From: an uncultured Actinomycetes bacterium
GTDB taxonomy: Bacteria; Actinomycetota; Thermoleophilia; Gaiellales; Gaiellaceae
Assembly (NCBI GenBank): GCA_963743545.1
Contig: CAVUQB010000005.1
Span: 998,723 to 1,062,722 of the forward strand
Reading direction: 5' to 3'
Length of the DNA: 64,000 nt
Made by a program: the position numbers and the translations under genes. Under the pieces are notes generated by a model, which had not been told where the DNA came from, searched no databases, and saw only the letters and a program-made list of their open reading frames with translations. Positions 15,529 through 25,040 of this stretch are shown one piece after another (the first letter of the stretch is position 1; the number at the start of each line of letters is the position of its first letter).

Positions 15529-16299
15529 CTAGCCGGTCGCGAGGACCGGGGCCGAGCGCACTTCGAGGGTCACGTGGTTCCCGGCGTCGTTCGTGTAGCG
15601 CGCGAGAGCCTGCTGCTCGACCGCTGCGAGGTCGGCGACCCGGCCCAGCTTCGTCGCTCCGCTGACGACAGCGGTGCCGACCGAGAGCGCCGGGTCGGCG
15701 ACGAGCTGCGTCACCGCCACGACGACGGACGGCGCGGTCTGTGGCTGGATGTCGATCTCGGAGCCGTACGTCTTGCCCTCGACGATGAACGGCCGGATGG
15801 CGACGACCGTCCCGTCCACCGGCGAGTAGACGTCGCTGCCGATCGGCGCGCCGACGTCGAGCGCCGAGCTGCCGCCGCCGCCGAGCTGGTACCACTTCGG
15901 CGAGCCGCCGCCGCCGCCGAAGATGCCGTGCACGACCCGTCGCAGGAGCCCTTCGTTCGCCTGGTGACCGACCGGATGGAGCGAGAGCGCGCCGTCGCCG
16001 GCCGCGTGGTAGCCGATCGCGGTCAGCCGGCTCTGCGAGACCGGAAGCTGCAGGCGAACCGGCCCGCGCAGCGCGACGATCTCGGTCGTCGGCCGGTTCT
16101 GCGCGACGGTGGCCTGGTTCTGACCGGGCACGATGGCCGACGCCGGCGCCGTCGCGTTGCCCGCGAATGCGGTCAGGCCGAGGGCCACGAGGAAGACCGC
16201 GGCCAAGAGGAGGAGGAGGGCGACCAAACGCGCCCGGCGCACATGGCGCGCCTGCCGGCGTTCGACCCGCCGCCTCCCAGTGGGGCGTGAGGACGGCAT
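15529..16299 (-). CDS. membrane-anchored LytM/M23-like domain protein (catalytic residues apparently degenerate)
   Basis: ATG 16299 gives MPSSRPTGRRRVERRQARHVRRARLVALLLLLAAVFLVALGL (an N-terminal anchor). The C-terminal ALDVGAPIGSDVYSPVDGTVVAI ... NHVTLEVR resembles the M23 core but lacks the HxxxD His and one His of HxH. Confidence 0.6.
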   Translation of the reverse strand: MPSSRPTGRRRVERRQARHVRRARLVALLLLLAAVFLVALGLTAFAGNATAPASAIVPGQNQATVAQNRPTTEIVALRGPVRLQLPVSQSRLTAIGYHAAGDGALSLHPVGHQANEGLLRRVVHGIFGGGGGSPKWYQLGGGGSSALDVGAPIGSDVYSPVDGTVVAIRPFIVEGKTYGSEIDIQPQTAPSVVVAVTQLVADPALSVGTAVVSGATKLGRVADLAAVEQQALARYTNDAGNHVTLEVRSAPVLATG

Positions 16300-16419
16300 G
16301 TCGCGCGGCACCTTACCGGACTGGGGCGGCTCCTCCCAGAGGTCGAGCGCCAAATTTCCCCGGATGACGGGCTCTCGGGCCCTCCGACGTGCTCCGACGC
16401 CCCGCCTACCATCGCTGGC

Positions 16420-17619
16420 ATGCCGCCGCCCGCGCCGGTCCGGATCGAGATCCCGCGCTGGACGCAGCTCGTGCTGCTGCCGATCCTGCTGCTGCTGCTC
16501 TGGACGGTGGCGGGAGCCGTGCGTCACGTCCTCTTCCTCTTCCTCGTGGCGCTGCTCATCGCCCTGCTGCTCAACCCGCTCGTCCGCGGGCTCGGCCGGG
16601 CCCGGGTCCCACGCGGAGCGGCCGTAGGGCTCGTCTATCTCGCCTTCGCAGCAGTCGTCGCACTGGCGATCCTCGCTCTCGCCACGGTGGTCGTGCAGCA
16701 GACGCGCACGGCAGCCCACCGGGTGGACAACTACTTTACGACCGCTTCCGGACATCCGTCGCGGACGGGCGCCGAGCAGGATCTAGCGCGGTTCCAGGGC
16801 TGGCTCGACCATAACCACCTGGGCAGCATCCACGTGGAGCGCGACGGCCGGAAGTTCCTCGACCAGGTCGGGACCAGCGACGTTCAGAAGTACACGTCCA
16901 GAGCCCTGAGCTGGGCCGAGGGGGCCGGGCTCACCGTCGTCACCCTCCTCTTCGACGCGGTCCTGCTCGTCGTCGTCTCGATCTACATCCTGCTCGACAT
17001 GCAGCGGCTGACGGAGGCCGTCGACCGGCGCTTCCCGCCACACGGCCGCGGCGGCCTCGTCGTGAGGATGGAGCAGGCGGTCGCGAGCTATGTGAAGGGC
17101 CAGTTCCTGCTCTCGCTGATCATCGGCGTGAGCGTCGGGCTCGGGCTCTGGATCCTCGGGGTGGTCGGCCTGTTCCCGAACGGAGAGAAGTACGCGGCCG
17201 CGTTCGGCGCGTGGGCGGCCGTCACCGAGCTCATCCCGTACATCGGGCCATGGCTCGGCGCGATCCCGCCGGTCCTGTACGCGCTCGTCCAGGATCCGCT
17301 CGCGGCGCTCTGGGTCGCGCTGCTCTTCCTCGGCATCCAGCAGCTCGAGGGCCACATCCTCGTGCCGAAGGTGATGGGACGCACGCTGCGGCTCCACCCG
17401 CTGCTCGTGATCTTCGGTCTGCTCGCGGGCGGGGAGATCTACGGCTTCGCGGGGATCCTCGTCGCGCTGCCGCTGCTTGCCGCCGGGCGTGCCGCGTGGG
17501 AGTTCTTCGCCGAGCGGGTCGAGTTCCAGACCTGGACGGCGGATGCGCCGCTGACCGAGATCGGGGTCGAGCCGGGAACGCCGCCGGCTCCGCCGCCGCC
17601 TCCGGCGCCAACCGCCTGA
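16420..17619 (+). CDS. AI-2E family transporter (PerM/UPF0118)
   Basis: 399 aa with about 8 TM segments. ELIPYIGPWLGAIPPVLYAL ... GIQQLEGHILVPKVMG is the family signature. Confidence 0.85.
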   Translation: MPPPAPVRIEIPRWTQLVLLPILLLLLWTVAGAVRHVLFLFLVALLIALLLNPLVRGLGRARVPRGAAVGLVYLAFAAVVALAILALATVVVQQTRTAAHRVDNYFTTASGHPSRTGAEQDLARFQGWLDHNHLGSIHVERDGRKFLDQVGTSDVQKYTSRALSWAEGAGLTVVTLLFDAVLLVVVSIYILLDMQRLTEAVDRRFPPHGRGGLVVRMEQAVASYVKGQFLLSLIIGVSVGLGLWILGVVGLFPNGEKYAAAFGAWAAVTELIPYIGPWLGAIPPVLYALVQDPLAALWVALLFLGIQQLEGHILVPKVMGRTLRLHPLLVIFGLLAGGEIYGFAGILVALPLLAAGRAAWEFFAERVEFQTWTADAPLTEIGVEPGTPPAPPPPPAPTA

Positions 17620-17628
17620 CCGCTCGCC

Positions 17629-18755
17629 TCAGTGGTGCGCGATGACGGGGCGGATCCTCGTCCAGTGCCGACCGCCGTCGGCCGTGCGCCAGAGTTCGGC
17701 CCCCGCTGCCGCGAAGCCGAGCGTCGCGTCGACCGCGTCCAGCTGACCGTCGGCGCTGATCGACACAGGAACGTGGAGCGAGTGCCAGCTTCGTCCCGCG
17801 TCAGTCGTGCGGAATAGGCGCGGGAATCGCGCCGCGTCGCCGGCGAGCCGGCCGAAGAGCCAGACGACCTTCCGGCTCACGGCGTCCACCGATCCGGTGC
17901 GGCCGCTCGTCAGGTTGCTGCCGCGCCAGTGGTCGCCGCCGTCCGCCGTCCAGTAGACGCGAGCGAACCACCTGCCGGCACCGTTGTTCCTGTTGGCCAC
18001 TGACCCAGACCACGCCGACCGGGTGCTGAAGAAAACGGGAGCCGAGGTCTCACAGGAGCAGCTCCTCGGTGCGCCCGGAAGCGTCTGCCGGTGCCAGTGC
18101 CGGCCGCCGTCAGTCGTACGGAGGAAGAAGAGGGATCCGCCCGCGCAGTAGCCGCCGGCCCAACCTCGGCTTGGCGTCGCAAAGCCGAAGCCACTCTTGT
18201 CACAACCGAACGGAAGGCCTCCAGGCGGCGTGCGATTGACGTTGGTCTGCGTCACGAAATGCCACCGACGGCCTTCGTCGCTGCTCGCGTAGAGCGCCTC
18301 GCCCTCCGAGCCGGCCGCCACCCCTTCGCCGAGCTCGAGGTAGAGGTGCGTGTGATCGATTGCCCAAGGCGTGCCAGGAAAGCCGACGTGCGAGGCGTGG
18401 ACCGCCACTGACTCTGTCCAGGTGCGTCCGCCGTCCACGCTGCGGTAGGTCGCGAAGCGTTCCGGCTCAGGCTTCTGGAGAAGAGGATGGTGCCGCCCTC
18501 GATGTCCGGCGGCCCGCTCGGACGAGCCTTCCCGTCGCCGGGGGTGATGTCGTGCCAGACGCGGCCGCCGTCCGTCGTCCGCAGCAGGCGATAGCGGAGA
18601 TAGTCCTGACCGCTGAGCGCGTAGCCGTCGTGCGCGCTCGTCATGTGCAGCCAGACGAAGTACGGGCGTAACGGCTTCGCGGCCGCGCTCGTGCCCGAGG
18701 CCGCGAGGACGGCGGCCAGGACGATCGCGGTTGCTGCTGCGGCGACTCGAGCCAC
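17629..18755 (-). pseudogene. BNR/Ycf48-like repeat protein (secreted), interrupted by a 1-nt frameshift
   Basis: The N-terminal part is in ORF 18252..18755 (signal peptide [34 protein letters not shown]). The rest is in the frame of ORF 17629..19293 (SVDGGRTW, TTDGGRHW, TADGGDHW, TTDAGRSW, TADGGRHW). The two frames meet at about 18472-18488 (...GGTILFS / QKPEPERFATYRSVDGGRTW). Confidence 0.75.
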
Positions 18756-18799
18756 GGCGCCTGAATTCTACGCCGCTGCTTTCGGCGTACCATTTCGGC

Positions 18800-19762
18800 G
18801 TGAGCTCGTTCCCGGTCACCCGGCTCCGGCGCTTTCGCCGCACGGCTTCGCTCCGTGGGCTCGTGCGCGAGACCCGGCTCTCGCTCGACCAGTTCGTCAT
18901 GCCGCTCTTCGTCGCGCCCGAGCCGCTCGTGAACGAGGAGCTGCCGGGCATGGCCCGCTTCGACATCGAGGGGCTGCTGCACGAGGTCGAGGCGCTCGTC
19001 GCCGGCGGCGTTCGTGCGGTCATGTTGTTCGGCGTCCCCGAGGTGAAGGACGAGGAGGCGACCGGCGCATGGGCGGAGGACGGCATCGTCCAGATCGCGT
19101 TGCGGGCGCTGCGGCCGCGCTTCCCCGACCTCGTCCTGCTCACGGACGTCTGTCTCTGCGAGTACACGTCGCACGGCCATTGCGGCGTGGTGGTCGACGG
19201 CGACGTCGACAACGACCGGAGCCTCGAGCTGCTGGCCCGCACCGCGGTCAGCCACGTCGAGGCCGGGGCCGACATCGTGGCGCCGAGCGACATGATGGAC
19301 GGCCGCGTTGGGGCGATCCGGGAGGCGCTCGACGACCACGGCCTCGAGACGACGCCGATCCTCGCCTACTCCGCGAAGTACGCCTCCGCGTTCTACGGCC
19401 CCTTCCGCGAGGCGGCCGACAGCGCGCCCTCGTTCGGCGACCGGCGCGGCTACCAGATGGATCCGGCCAACGTCCGCGAGGCCCTGCGCGAGTGCGAGAT
19501 CGACCTCGCCGAGGGAGCGGACGCGATCATGATCAAGCCGGCGCTGCCCTATCTCGACGTGATCCGCGCGGCGCGCGAGGCGTTTCAGGTGCCGCTCGCG
19601 GCCTACAACGTCTCCGGCGAGTACGCGATGGTCAAGGCCGCCGCGCGCGCCGGCTGGCTCGACGAGCAGGCGGCGGCGCTCGAGTCCCTGACCGCGATCA
19701 AGCGCGCCGGCGCCGACCTGATCGTCAGCTACTGGACGCGCGACCTCCCGGCGTGGCTCTGA
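18800..19762 (+). CDS. hemB: porphobilinogen synthase (delta-aminolevulinate dehydratase)
   Basis: [20 protein letters not shown]...D.V.PLFV ... active-site region [12 protein letters not shown]. Start placed at GTG 18800, because the track's TTG 18731 would overlap the divergent gene start. Confidence 0.92.
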   Translation: MSSFPVTRLRRFRRTASLRGLVRETRLSLDQFVMPLFVAPEPLVNEELPGMARFDIEGLLHEVEALVAGGVRAVMLFGVPEVKDEEATGAWAEDGIVQIALRALRPRFPDLVLLTDVCLCEYTSHGHCGVVVDGDVDNDRSLELLARTAVSHVEAGADIVAPSDMMDGRVGAIREALDDHGLETTPILAYSAKYASAFYGPFREAADSAPSFGDRRGYQMDPANVREALRECEIDLAEGADAIMIKPALPYLDVIRAAREAFQVPLAAYNVSGEYAMVKAAARAGWLDEQAAALESLTAIKRAGADLIVSYWTRDLPAWL

Positions 19763-21012
19763 CCGAGCGCTCGCAGCTCTACCGCCGCGCGCTCGAGCTG
19801 ATCCCCGGCGGCGTGAACTCGCCCGTGCGGGCGATGCGCGCCGTCGGGCTCGACGAGCCGCTCTTCGTCCGCAGCGGCGACGGCGCGTACGTCGAGACCG
19901 AGGACGGCCGCCGGCTGCTCGACTGGGTCATGTCGTGGGGGCCGCTCCTCTTCGGCCACGCCGATCCCGAGACGCTCGAGGCCGTGCGCGAGGCTGCGTC
20001 GCGCGGCACGACCTTCGGCGCCGCGACCGAGGCCGAGGTCGAGCTCGCGGCGGAGATCGTCGACGCCGTGCCGTCGGTGGAGAAGGTGCGGCTCGTCTCG
20101 TCGGGGACCGAGGCCGCGATGAGCGCGCTGCGGCTCGCGCGCGCGTTCACGAAGCGCGACCGGATCCTCAAGACGGCGGGCGGCTACCACGGCCACGCCG
20201 ACGCGCTGCTCGCGAGCGCGGGGTCAGGTCTTGCAACGCTGGGTATTCCGGCCTCGCCCGGCGTGCCGAGCGGAGCGGCCGCGGACACGATCGTCGTCCC
20301 CTACAACGACCTCGACGCGGTGGCGGAGGCGGTCATGCGCCACGGCGAGGGTCTCGCGGCGATCGTCGTCGAGCCGGTCGCGGCGAACATGGGCGTCGTC
20401 CCGCCGGAGCCGGACTACCTCGAGACGCTGCGGCGGCTTTGTGACCTCTCCGGTGCGCTGCTCGTCTTCGACGAGGTGATCACGGGCTTCCGAGTTGCAC
20501 GCGGCGGCGCGCAGGAGCGCTACGGCGTGCTCCCCGACCTGACGGTGCTCGGGAAGATCGTCGGCGGCGGTCTACCGCTCGCGGCGTTCGGCGGCCGGGC
20601 CGAGGTGATGGACCTGCTCGCGCCGAGCGGGCCTGTCTACCAGGCCGGGACTCTCGCCGGGAATCCGCTTGCGACGGCTGCCGGCCTGTCGGTGCTCCGC
20701 CGGTTGCGCGATCCCGGCGTCTACGCCGAGCTCGAGCGGCACGCGGCCGTTCTCGAGGAGTGCCTCGCGCCGTTCGGCCACGTGCAGCGGGTCGGCGCGC
20801 TGCTCACGCTCTTCCAGGGGGACGGGCCGGTGCGCGACTTCGACGACGCGCAGGCGTGCGACACGGAGCGCTACGGCGCTCTCTTCCGGCACCTGCTCGA
20901 GCAGGGCGTCTACTTCCCGCCGTCGCAGTTCGAGGCGCTCTTCCCCTCTACTGCGCACGGCGAGGACGAGATCGAGCGGACGATCGTGGCCTTGGAGTCC
21001 TTTGGTCGCTGA
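19753..21012 (+). CDS. hemL: glutamate-1-semialdehyde 2,1-aminomutase
   Basis: [27 protein letters not shown] ... [11 protein letters not shown] ... [19 protein letters not shown] 19753 overlaps the end of hemB. The rest of the 789-aa track ORF is upstream read-through. Confidence 0.92.
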   Translation: MALTERSQLYRRALELIPGGVNSPVRAMRAVGLDEPLFVRSGDGAYVETEDGRRLLDWVMSWGPLLFGHADPETLEAVREAASRGTTFGAATEAEVELAAEIVDAVPSVEKVRLVSSGTEAAMSALRLARAFTKRDRILKTAGGYHGHADALLASAGSGLATLGIPASPGVPSGAAADTIVVPYNDLDAVAEAVMRHGEGLAAIVVEPVAANMGVVPPEPDYLETLRRLCDLSGALLVFDEVITGFRVARGGAQERYGVLPDLTVLGKIVGGGLPLAAFGGRAEVMDLLAPSGPVYQAGTLAGNPLATAAGLSVLRRLRDPGVYAELERHAAVLEECLAPFGHVQRVGALLTLFQGDGPVRDFDDAQACDTERYGALFRHLLEQGVYFPPSQFEALFPSTAHGEDEIERTIVALESFGR

Positions 21013-21025
21013 CGTCTGGGAGACG

Positions 21026-21532
21026 ATGGCCGGCGGCGCGGCCGCCGAGAGCTCGCTCTGGGGCGAGTGCCTGCGGCCCGAGCCGGAGCGCGATCTCAGC
21101 CCCGTCTTCTCGCCGCTCGGCGAGGCGCGCTACGCGCTTGGGCTCGAGACGATCTACGAGGGCTACCTCGTCCATTACGGCCGGTCGCGCCTGTTCGCGC
21201 CGGCCGACGACGACACGGCGCTCCTGCTCGGCGACTACCTGTACGCGCACGGCGTCGCGCGCATCTCGGCGCTGCACGACGTCGCTGCAGTCGCCGACCT
21301 CGCCGAGCTGATCTCGCTCTGCAGCCAGGTGCGAGCGGAGGAGACGGATGGGGACGGAGCGCTCTGGGCGGCGACCGCCGCGCTGCTCGGCCGCGGCGAG
21401 CTGGACGATGCGCGGACGGCTCTCCGGCTCCACGCCGACGCGCGGCCACTCGAGGCGGCGGCGCGGTCGGCGCTGGGCGACGAGGCGGTCGACGCGGCGC
21501 TCGCGGCGCACGCGGCCCGGCGAGTGAGCTAG
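21026..21532 (+). CDS. hypothetical protein with a faint, degenerate polyprenyl-synthase-like segment
   Basis: 168 aa from ATG 21026. ALGLETIYEGYLVHYGRSRLF...ALLLGDYLYAHG loosely mirrors the E.IH..SL.HDD ... GD.L region of trans-prenyltransferases, but the DDxxD motif is absent. Confidence 0.45.
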   Translation: MAGGAAAESSLWGECLRPEPERDLSPVFSPLGEARYALGLETIYEGYLVHYGRSRLFAPADDDTALLLGDYLYAHGVARISALHDVAAVADLAELISLCSQVRAEETDGDGALWAATAALLGRGELDDARTALRLHADARPLEAAARSALGDEAVDAALAAHAARRVS

Positions 21533-21541
21533 ATTCCGCCC

Positions 21542-21709
21542 GTGGTCGCTGCGTTCTTCCACTTGCTGTTCGTCGAGGAGACGGCCGCACAGGAGGGCAG
21601 CAAGGTCGTGGAGATCATGCTGGGCACGGGCCTCGTGTTCATCTGCGTGATCGCGCTCGGCGAACTCTCGCACTGGGTCGCGAAGCAGCGGCGCCGCCAA
21701 CGCGACTGA
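21542..21709 (+). CDS. possible small membrane protein (55 aa; shorter GTG/ATG starts possible)
   Basis: Not in the ORF track (under 60 aa). Reads VVAAFFHLLFVEETAAQEGSKVVEIMLGTGLVFICVIALGELSHWVAKQRRRQRD. There is one clear TM helix with a basic tail, and AGGAGG at about 21591 precedes the internal GTG/ATG. Confidence 0.3.
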   Translation: MVAAFFHLLFVEETAAQEGSKVVEIMLGTGLVFICVIALGELSHWVAKQRRRQRD

Positions 21710-21751
21710 CCGGGTTGACAGCGGATAGGTGGTGCTAGTACAACTAGCGCG

Positions 21752-22531
21752 ATGAATGTGGTCGAACGACCACCGGTCCTTCCGCCCAAGCAGGACGAGC
21801 TCGAGGCGCTGATCCGCGAGGCCCGGGCGCGGCAGCGGAAACGATTGATCGGCATTGCGGCTGTCGTGGCACTCGTCGCCGGCGGAACGGTGGCCGTGTA
21901 CGCGATTGCGAACGGGGGAAGCTCGAACGCAGCTCGAGCCGGCAGAGGCGCGACCTTGGTACAGAGCACGAGGCGCTGCGGGATCCGGGTCGCCGGACCG
22001 CGAATTCTCGGCACCGCTGGAAGCACGATCTATCGCGAGCCAGTGCCCAACGGAGAGGTGCATCCGAACTCCATTCCGAGCCAGGTTCAGTGCAATGCAT
22101 CGGCGATCTGGGTCCTCTGGAACAACGGCCCCGGGATGATGGAGGAGGGGTACGTCGGCGCACGCTCGACTGATCGGGGACGTACGTGGCGTCTCGTCTT
22201 CGCCAACCGCTTCTTTGGAGTAAAGGCTCCCCATGAGCTCGACCCGTATCTCGGCCCGTGGGCTCTCCGCGGTCACGTCGCCTACTTCGTCGGCTCGTGC
22301 CCGGCGTGCAGCGTGGGAGAGTTGCAGGGAACGATCTGGCTCTGGGTCACGAAGAACGGCGGACTGACGTTTCGTGACTACAAGGTTCCGGCGCTGACCG
22401 GATACGGGCCAACGCTCATTCGTGTTTCGGGAAGTGACGTCACGATCATCGCCCGACGGGTTGTGCGGAAGGTCAACTCGCCGCCCTACGAGATCTATAC
22501 GCACAAGGCCGTGACGCTGCACGTCGCCTGA
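21752..22531 (+). CDS. hypothetical N-terminally anchored protein with BNR-like motifs; compositionally atypical (lower GC)
   Basis: 259 aa with a TM segment (LIGIAAVVALVAGGTVAVYAI) and the motifs STDRGRTW and TKNGGLTF. Visibly more A/T, including at third positions, than neighbouring genes. Confidence 0.55.
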   Translation: MNVVERPPVLPPKQDELEALIREARARQRKRLIGIAAVVALVAGGTVAVYAIANGGSSNAARAGRGATLVQSTRRCGIRVAGPRILGTAGSTIYREPVPNGEVHPNSIPSQVQCNASAIWVLWNNGPGMMEEGYVGARSTDRGRTWRLVFANRFFGVKAPHELDPYLGPWALRGHVAYFVGSCPACSVGELQGTIWLWVTKNGGLTFRDYKVPALTGYGPTLIRVSGSDVTIIARRVVRKVNSPPYEIYTHKAVTLHVA

Positions 22532-22557
22532 CGATCGTCCGGCCGTAGACTCGGCGC

Positions 22558-23994
22558 GTGCCTGCGAAGGATCTCCGCGACTGGATCGCGCTGCTCGAGC
22601 GCGAGGGTGAGCTCGTCCGCGTGTCGGCCGAGGTCGATCCCGACCTCGAGATCACCGAGATCGTCGACCGCACCGTCAAGTCCGGCGGGCCGGCGCTCTT
22701 GTTCGAGCAGCCGAAGGGCTCCGAGCATCCGCTGCTGATCAACCAGTTCGGCACCGAGCGGCGGATGTGCCTCGCCTTCGGCGTCTCCAGCCTCGACGAC
22801 GTCGCGCAACGCGTCGCCGACGTGCTCGAGATGCAGCCGCCGGACGGGCTGATCGAAAAGGTCCGCGGACTCCTGAAGCTCAAGTCCATCGCCGACTCCC
22901 GCCCGAAGACCGTCGGCAAGGGCGCCTGCCAGGAAATCGTGCTGCGCGGCGACGACGTCGACCTCGGCCTGCTGCCGGTCCAGCGCTGCTGGCCCGGAGA
23001 TCCCGCGCCGTTCATCACGCTCCCGGCCGTGATCACCCACGACCCGCAGACCGGCGGCCGCAACGTCGGCATGTACCGGATGCAGGTCGTCGACCGGAAC
23101 ACGACCTTCATGCACTGGCAGATCCACAAGGACGGCCGCGCCGACTACCTCGCGACCGACGGCCGCATCGAGGTCGCCGTCGCGCTCGGCCTCGACCCGA
23201 TCACGGCGTACTCGGCGAGCGCGCCGCTGCCGAAGCACGTCGACGAGTTCATGATGGCCGGCTTCCTCCGCGGCACGCCGGTCGAGCTCGTCAAGGGCGT
23301 CAGCGTCGGCGTCGAGGTGCCCGCGAACGCCGAGATCGTCCTCGAGGGCTACATCGACAAGGACGAGGTCGGCGAGGAGGGGCCGTTCGGCGACCACACC
23401 GGCTACTACACCGCCGCCGAGCCGTTCCCGGTCTTCCACGTCACGGCCATGACGATGCGGCGTGACGCGATCTACCCCTCGATCGTCGTGGGCAAGCCGC
23501 CGCAGGAGGACGCGTGGCTCGGCAAGGCGACGGAGCGGATCTTCCTGCCGGCCGTGCGCACGACCTTGCCGGAGATCGTCGACTACGACCTCCCGATCGC
23601 CGGCGCCTTCCACAACTGCTGCATCGTCTCGATCCGCAAGCAGTTCCCCGGCCACGCCGCGAAGGTGATGCACGCGCTCTGGGGGCTCGGGATGCTGAGC
23701 CTCACGAAGTGCGTCGTCGTCGTGGACGCGGACGTCGACGTGCACGACTACGAGCAGGTGCTCTTCTACGCCGGCGCGAACGTCGACCCGAAGCGCGACG
23801 TGATCCTCTCGGAGGGCCCGCTCGACCATCTCGACCACGCGCCGGAGCGCCAGTTCTTCGGCGGCAAGCTCGGCATCGACGCCACCGCGAAATGGCCGGA
23901 GGAGGGCGCGCGGCCGTGGCCCGACGAGATCGAGATGGACTCCGCGGTCAAGGAGCTCGTCACGCGCCGCTGGACCGAGTACGGCCTGGGTTAG
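22558..23994 (+). CDS. ubiD: UbiD-family (prenyl-FMN-dependent) decarboxylase, menaquinone-associated
   Basis: 478 aa. LRDWIALLEREGELVRV...EVDPDLEITEI ... GPFGDHTGYYT ... typical UbiD. Located in a menaquinone gene neighbourhood. Confidence 0.9.
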   Translation: MPAKDLRDWIALLEREGELVRVSAEVDPDLEITEIVDRTVKSGGPALLFEQPKGSEHPLLINQFGTERRMCLAFGVSSLDDVAQRVADVLEMQPPDGLIEKVRGLLKLKSIADSRPKTVGKGACQEIVLRGDDVDLGLLPVQRCWPGDPAPFITLPAVITHDPQTGGRNVGMYRMQVVDRNTTFMHWQIHKDGRADYLATDGRIEVAVALGLDPITAYSASAPLPKHVDEFMMAGFLRGTPVELVKGVSVGVEVPANAEIVLEGYIDKDEVGEEGPFGDHTGYYTAAEPFPVFHVTAMTMRRDAIYPSIVVGKPPQEDAWLGKATERIFLPAVRTTLPEIVDYDLPIAGAFHNCCIVSIRKQFPGHAAKVMHALWGLGMLSLTKCVVVVDADVDVHDYEQVLFYAGANVDPKRDVILSEGPLDHLDHAPERQFFGGKLGIDATAKWPEEGARPWPDEIEMDSAVKELVTRRWTEYGLG

Positions 23995-24038
23995 TTCTCG
24001 CCACCTCAGACCGGCCTTTGCGGTAAGACTTCGACCTG

Positions 24039-25040
24039 GTGGAGCCCGAGCAGCCGAGTCCCGACACCGAGCAGGAGCCGCTCCACGAGGAGGCGCATCT
24101 GCCGGCGCCGACGGTCTATCCGATCGGCTTTGCGATCGGAGTCGTCGTCCTCCTCGTCGGGCTCGTGATCGACCCGCTCCTGATCTCCTCGATCGGCGCG
24201 GCAATCGCGATCGTCTTCGCCATTCTCTGGGCGCGCGAGGCAACCGCCGAGCTGCGCGCGGAGAAGGTCGCCGTCGAGCCCGAGCGCCGGGAGGCCGAGG
24301 AAGCTTCGGAGTCCGGCGAGCAAGCGGTCGAAGCCGCTCCCGCCGCTGACACCGCCGTGACGCGCAGCGTCTTCCTCGAGGGCGCAACGCTCGGCCTCGG
24401 CGCGGTGATCGGGGGCCTGATCGTCGTGCCGATCGCGGGCTTCGCGGTCCTGCCGTCGTTCCTCGGCCAGGACGAGCACAAGGTCGACCTCGGGCCGATC
24501 GAGAAGTTCTCGCTCAACGACTGGTTCATCACCACCTTCATCTCCGATCCCGCCGAGGGAGACGTCAGCCGGAGGACGGTGTTCCTCCGCAACAACGGCA
24601 ACGTCGAGGATCCCGCCACGAAGCAGCAGGTGCCGAGCTTCACGATCATCTCGAACCGCTGCACCCATCTCGGCTGTCCGACCCAGGCGAACGGCCCGAT
24701 CGGACAGAAGTTCACAGGGGTGGCGTCGTTCAAGGACCACACGCTCAGCGGCCCCGTCGAGGCCCAGTCGGTCATCCCGGCCGGCTACGGCTGCCCCTGC
24801 CACGGCAGCCAGTTCGATCCCGAGGGGAACCGCATCGCCGGCCCGGCCCCGCGCGCGCTCGACCGCTACGCGTTCGAGGTCGTCAACGGCCATCTGATCG
24901 TGCTCAGCCCGTACTCGGTCTCGTATGTGACGGGCTCCGGGGCGCAGGCCCAGATCCACAAGTACAAGGAAGCCGGTCCCGGCCAGCACGTCGACGGGCC
25001 TGAGCAGTGGTTCTATCCCCTCCAGCCGCCGCAGCACTGA
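24039..25040 (+). CDS. qcrA: menaquinol-cytochrome c reductase Rieske iron-sulfur subunit
   Basis: CTHLGCP and CPCHGSQF Rieske boxes, with N-terminal TM segments. The stop overlaps the qcrB start (TGATG). Confidence 0.88.
   Translation: MEPEQPSPDTEQEPLHEEAHLPAPTVYPIGFAIGVVVLLVGLVIDPLLISSIGAAIAIVFAILWAREATAELRAEKVAVEPERREAEEASESGEQAVEAAPAADTAVTRSVFLEGATLGLGAVIGGLIVVPIAGFAVLPSFLGQDEHKVDLGPIEKFSLNDWFITTFISDPAEGDVSRRTVFLRNNGNVEDPATKQQVPSFTIISNRCTHLGCPTQANGPIGQKFTGVASFKDHTLSGPVEAQSVIPAGYGCPCHGSQFDPEGNRIAGPAPRALDRYAFEVVNGHLIVLSPYSVSYVTGSGAQAQIHKYKEAGPGQHVDGPEQWFYPLQPPQH

Noticed and set aside
18643-21012. A single 789-aa ORF spanning the hemB and hemL region
   Set aside because: Only the last roughly 419 codons are HemL. 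The upstream part is an alternative frame of hemB (which has its own clear frame) and is Arg/Gly/Ala-rich.
22495-24387. 630-aa minus-strand ORF opposite ubiD
   Set aside because: The UbiD family match on the plus strand is unambiguous, and the antisense product has no recognisable features.
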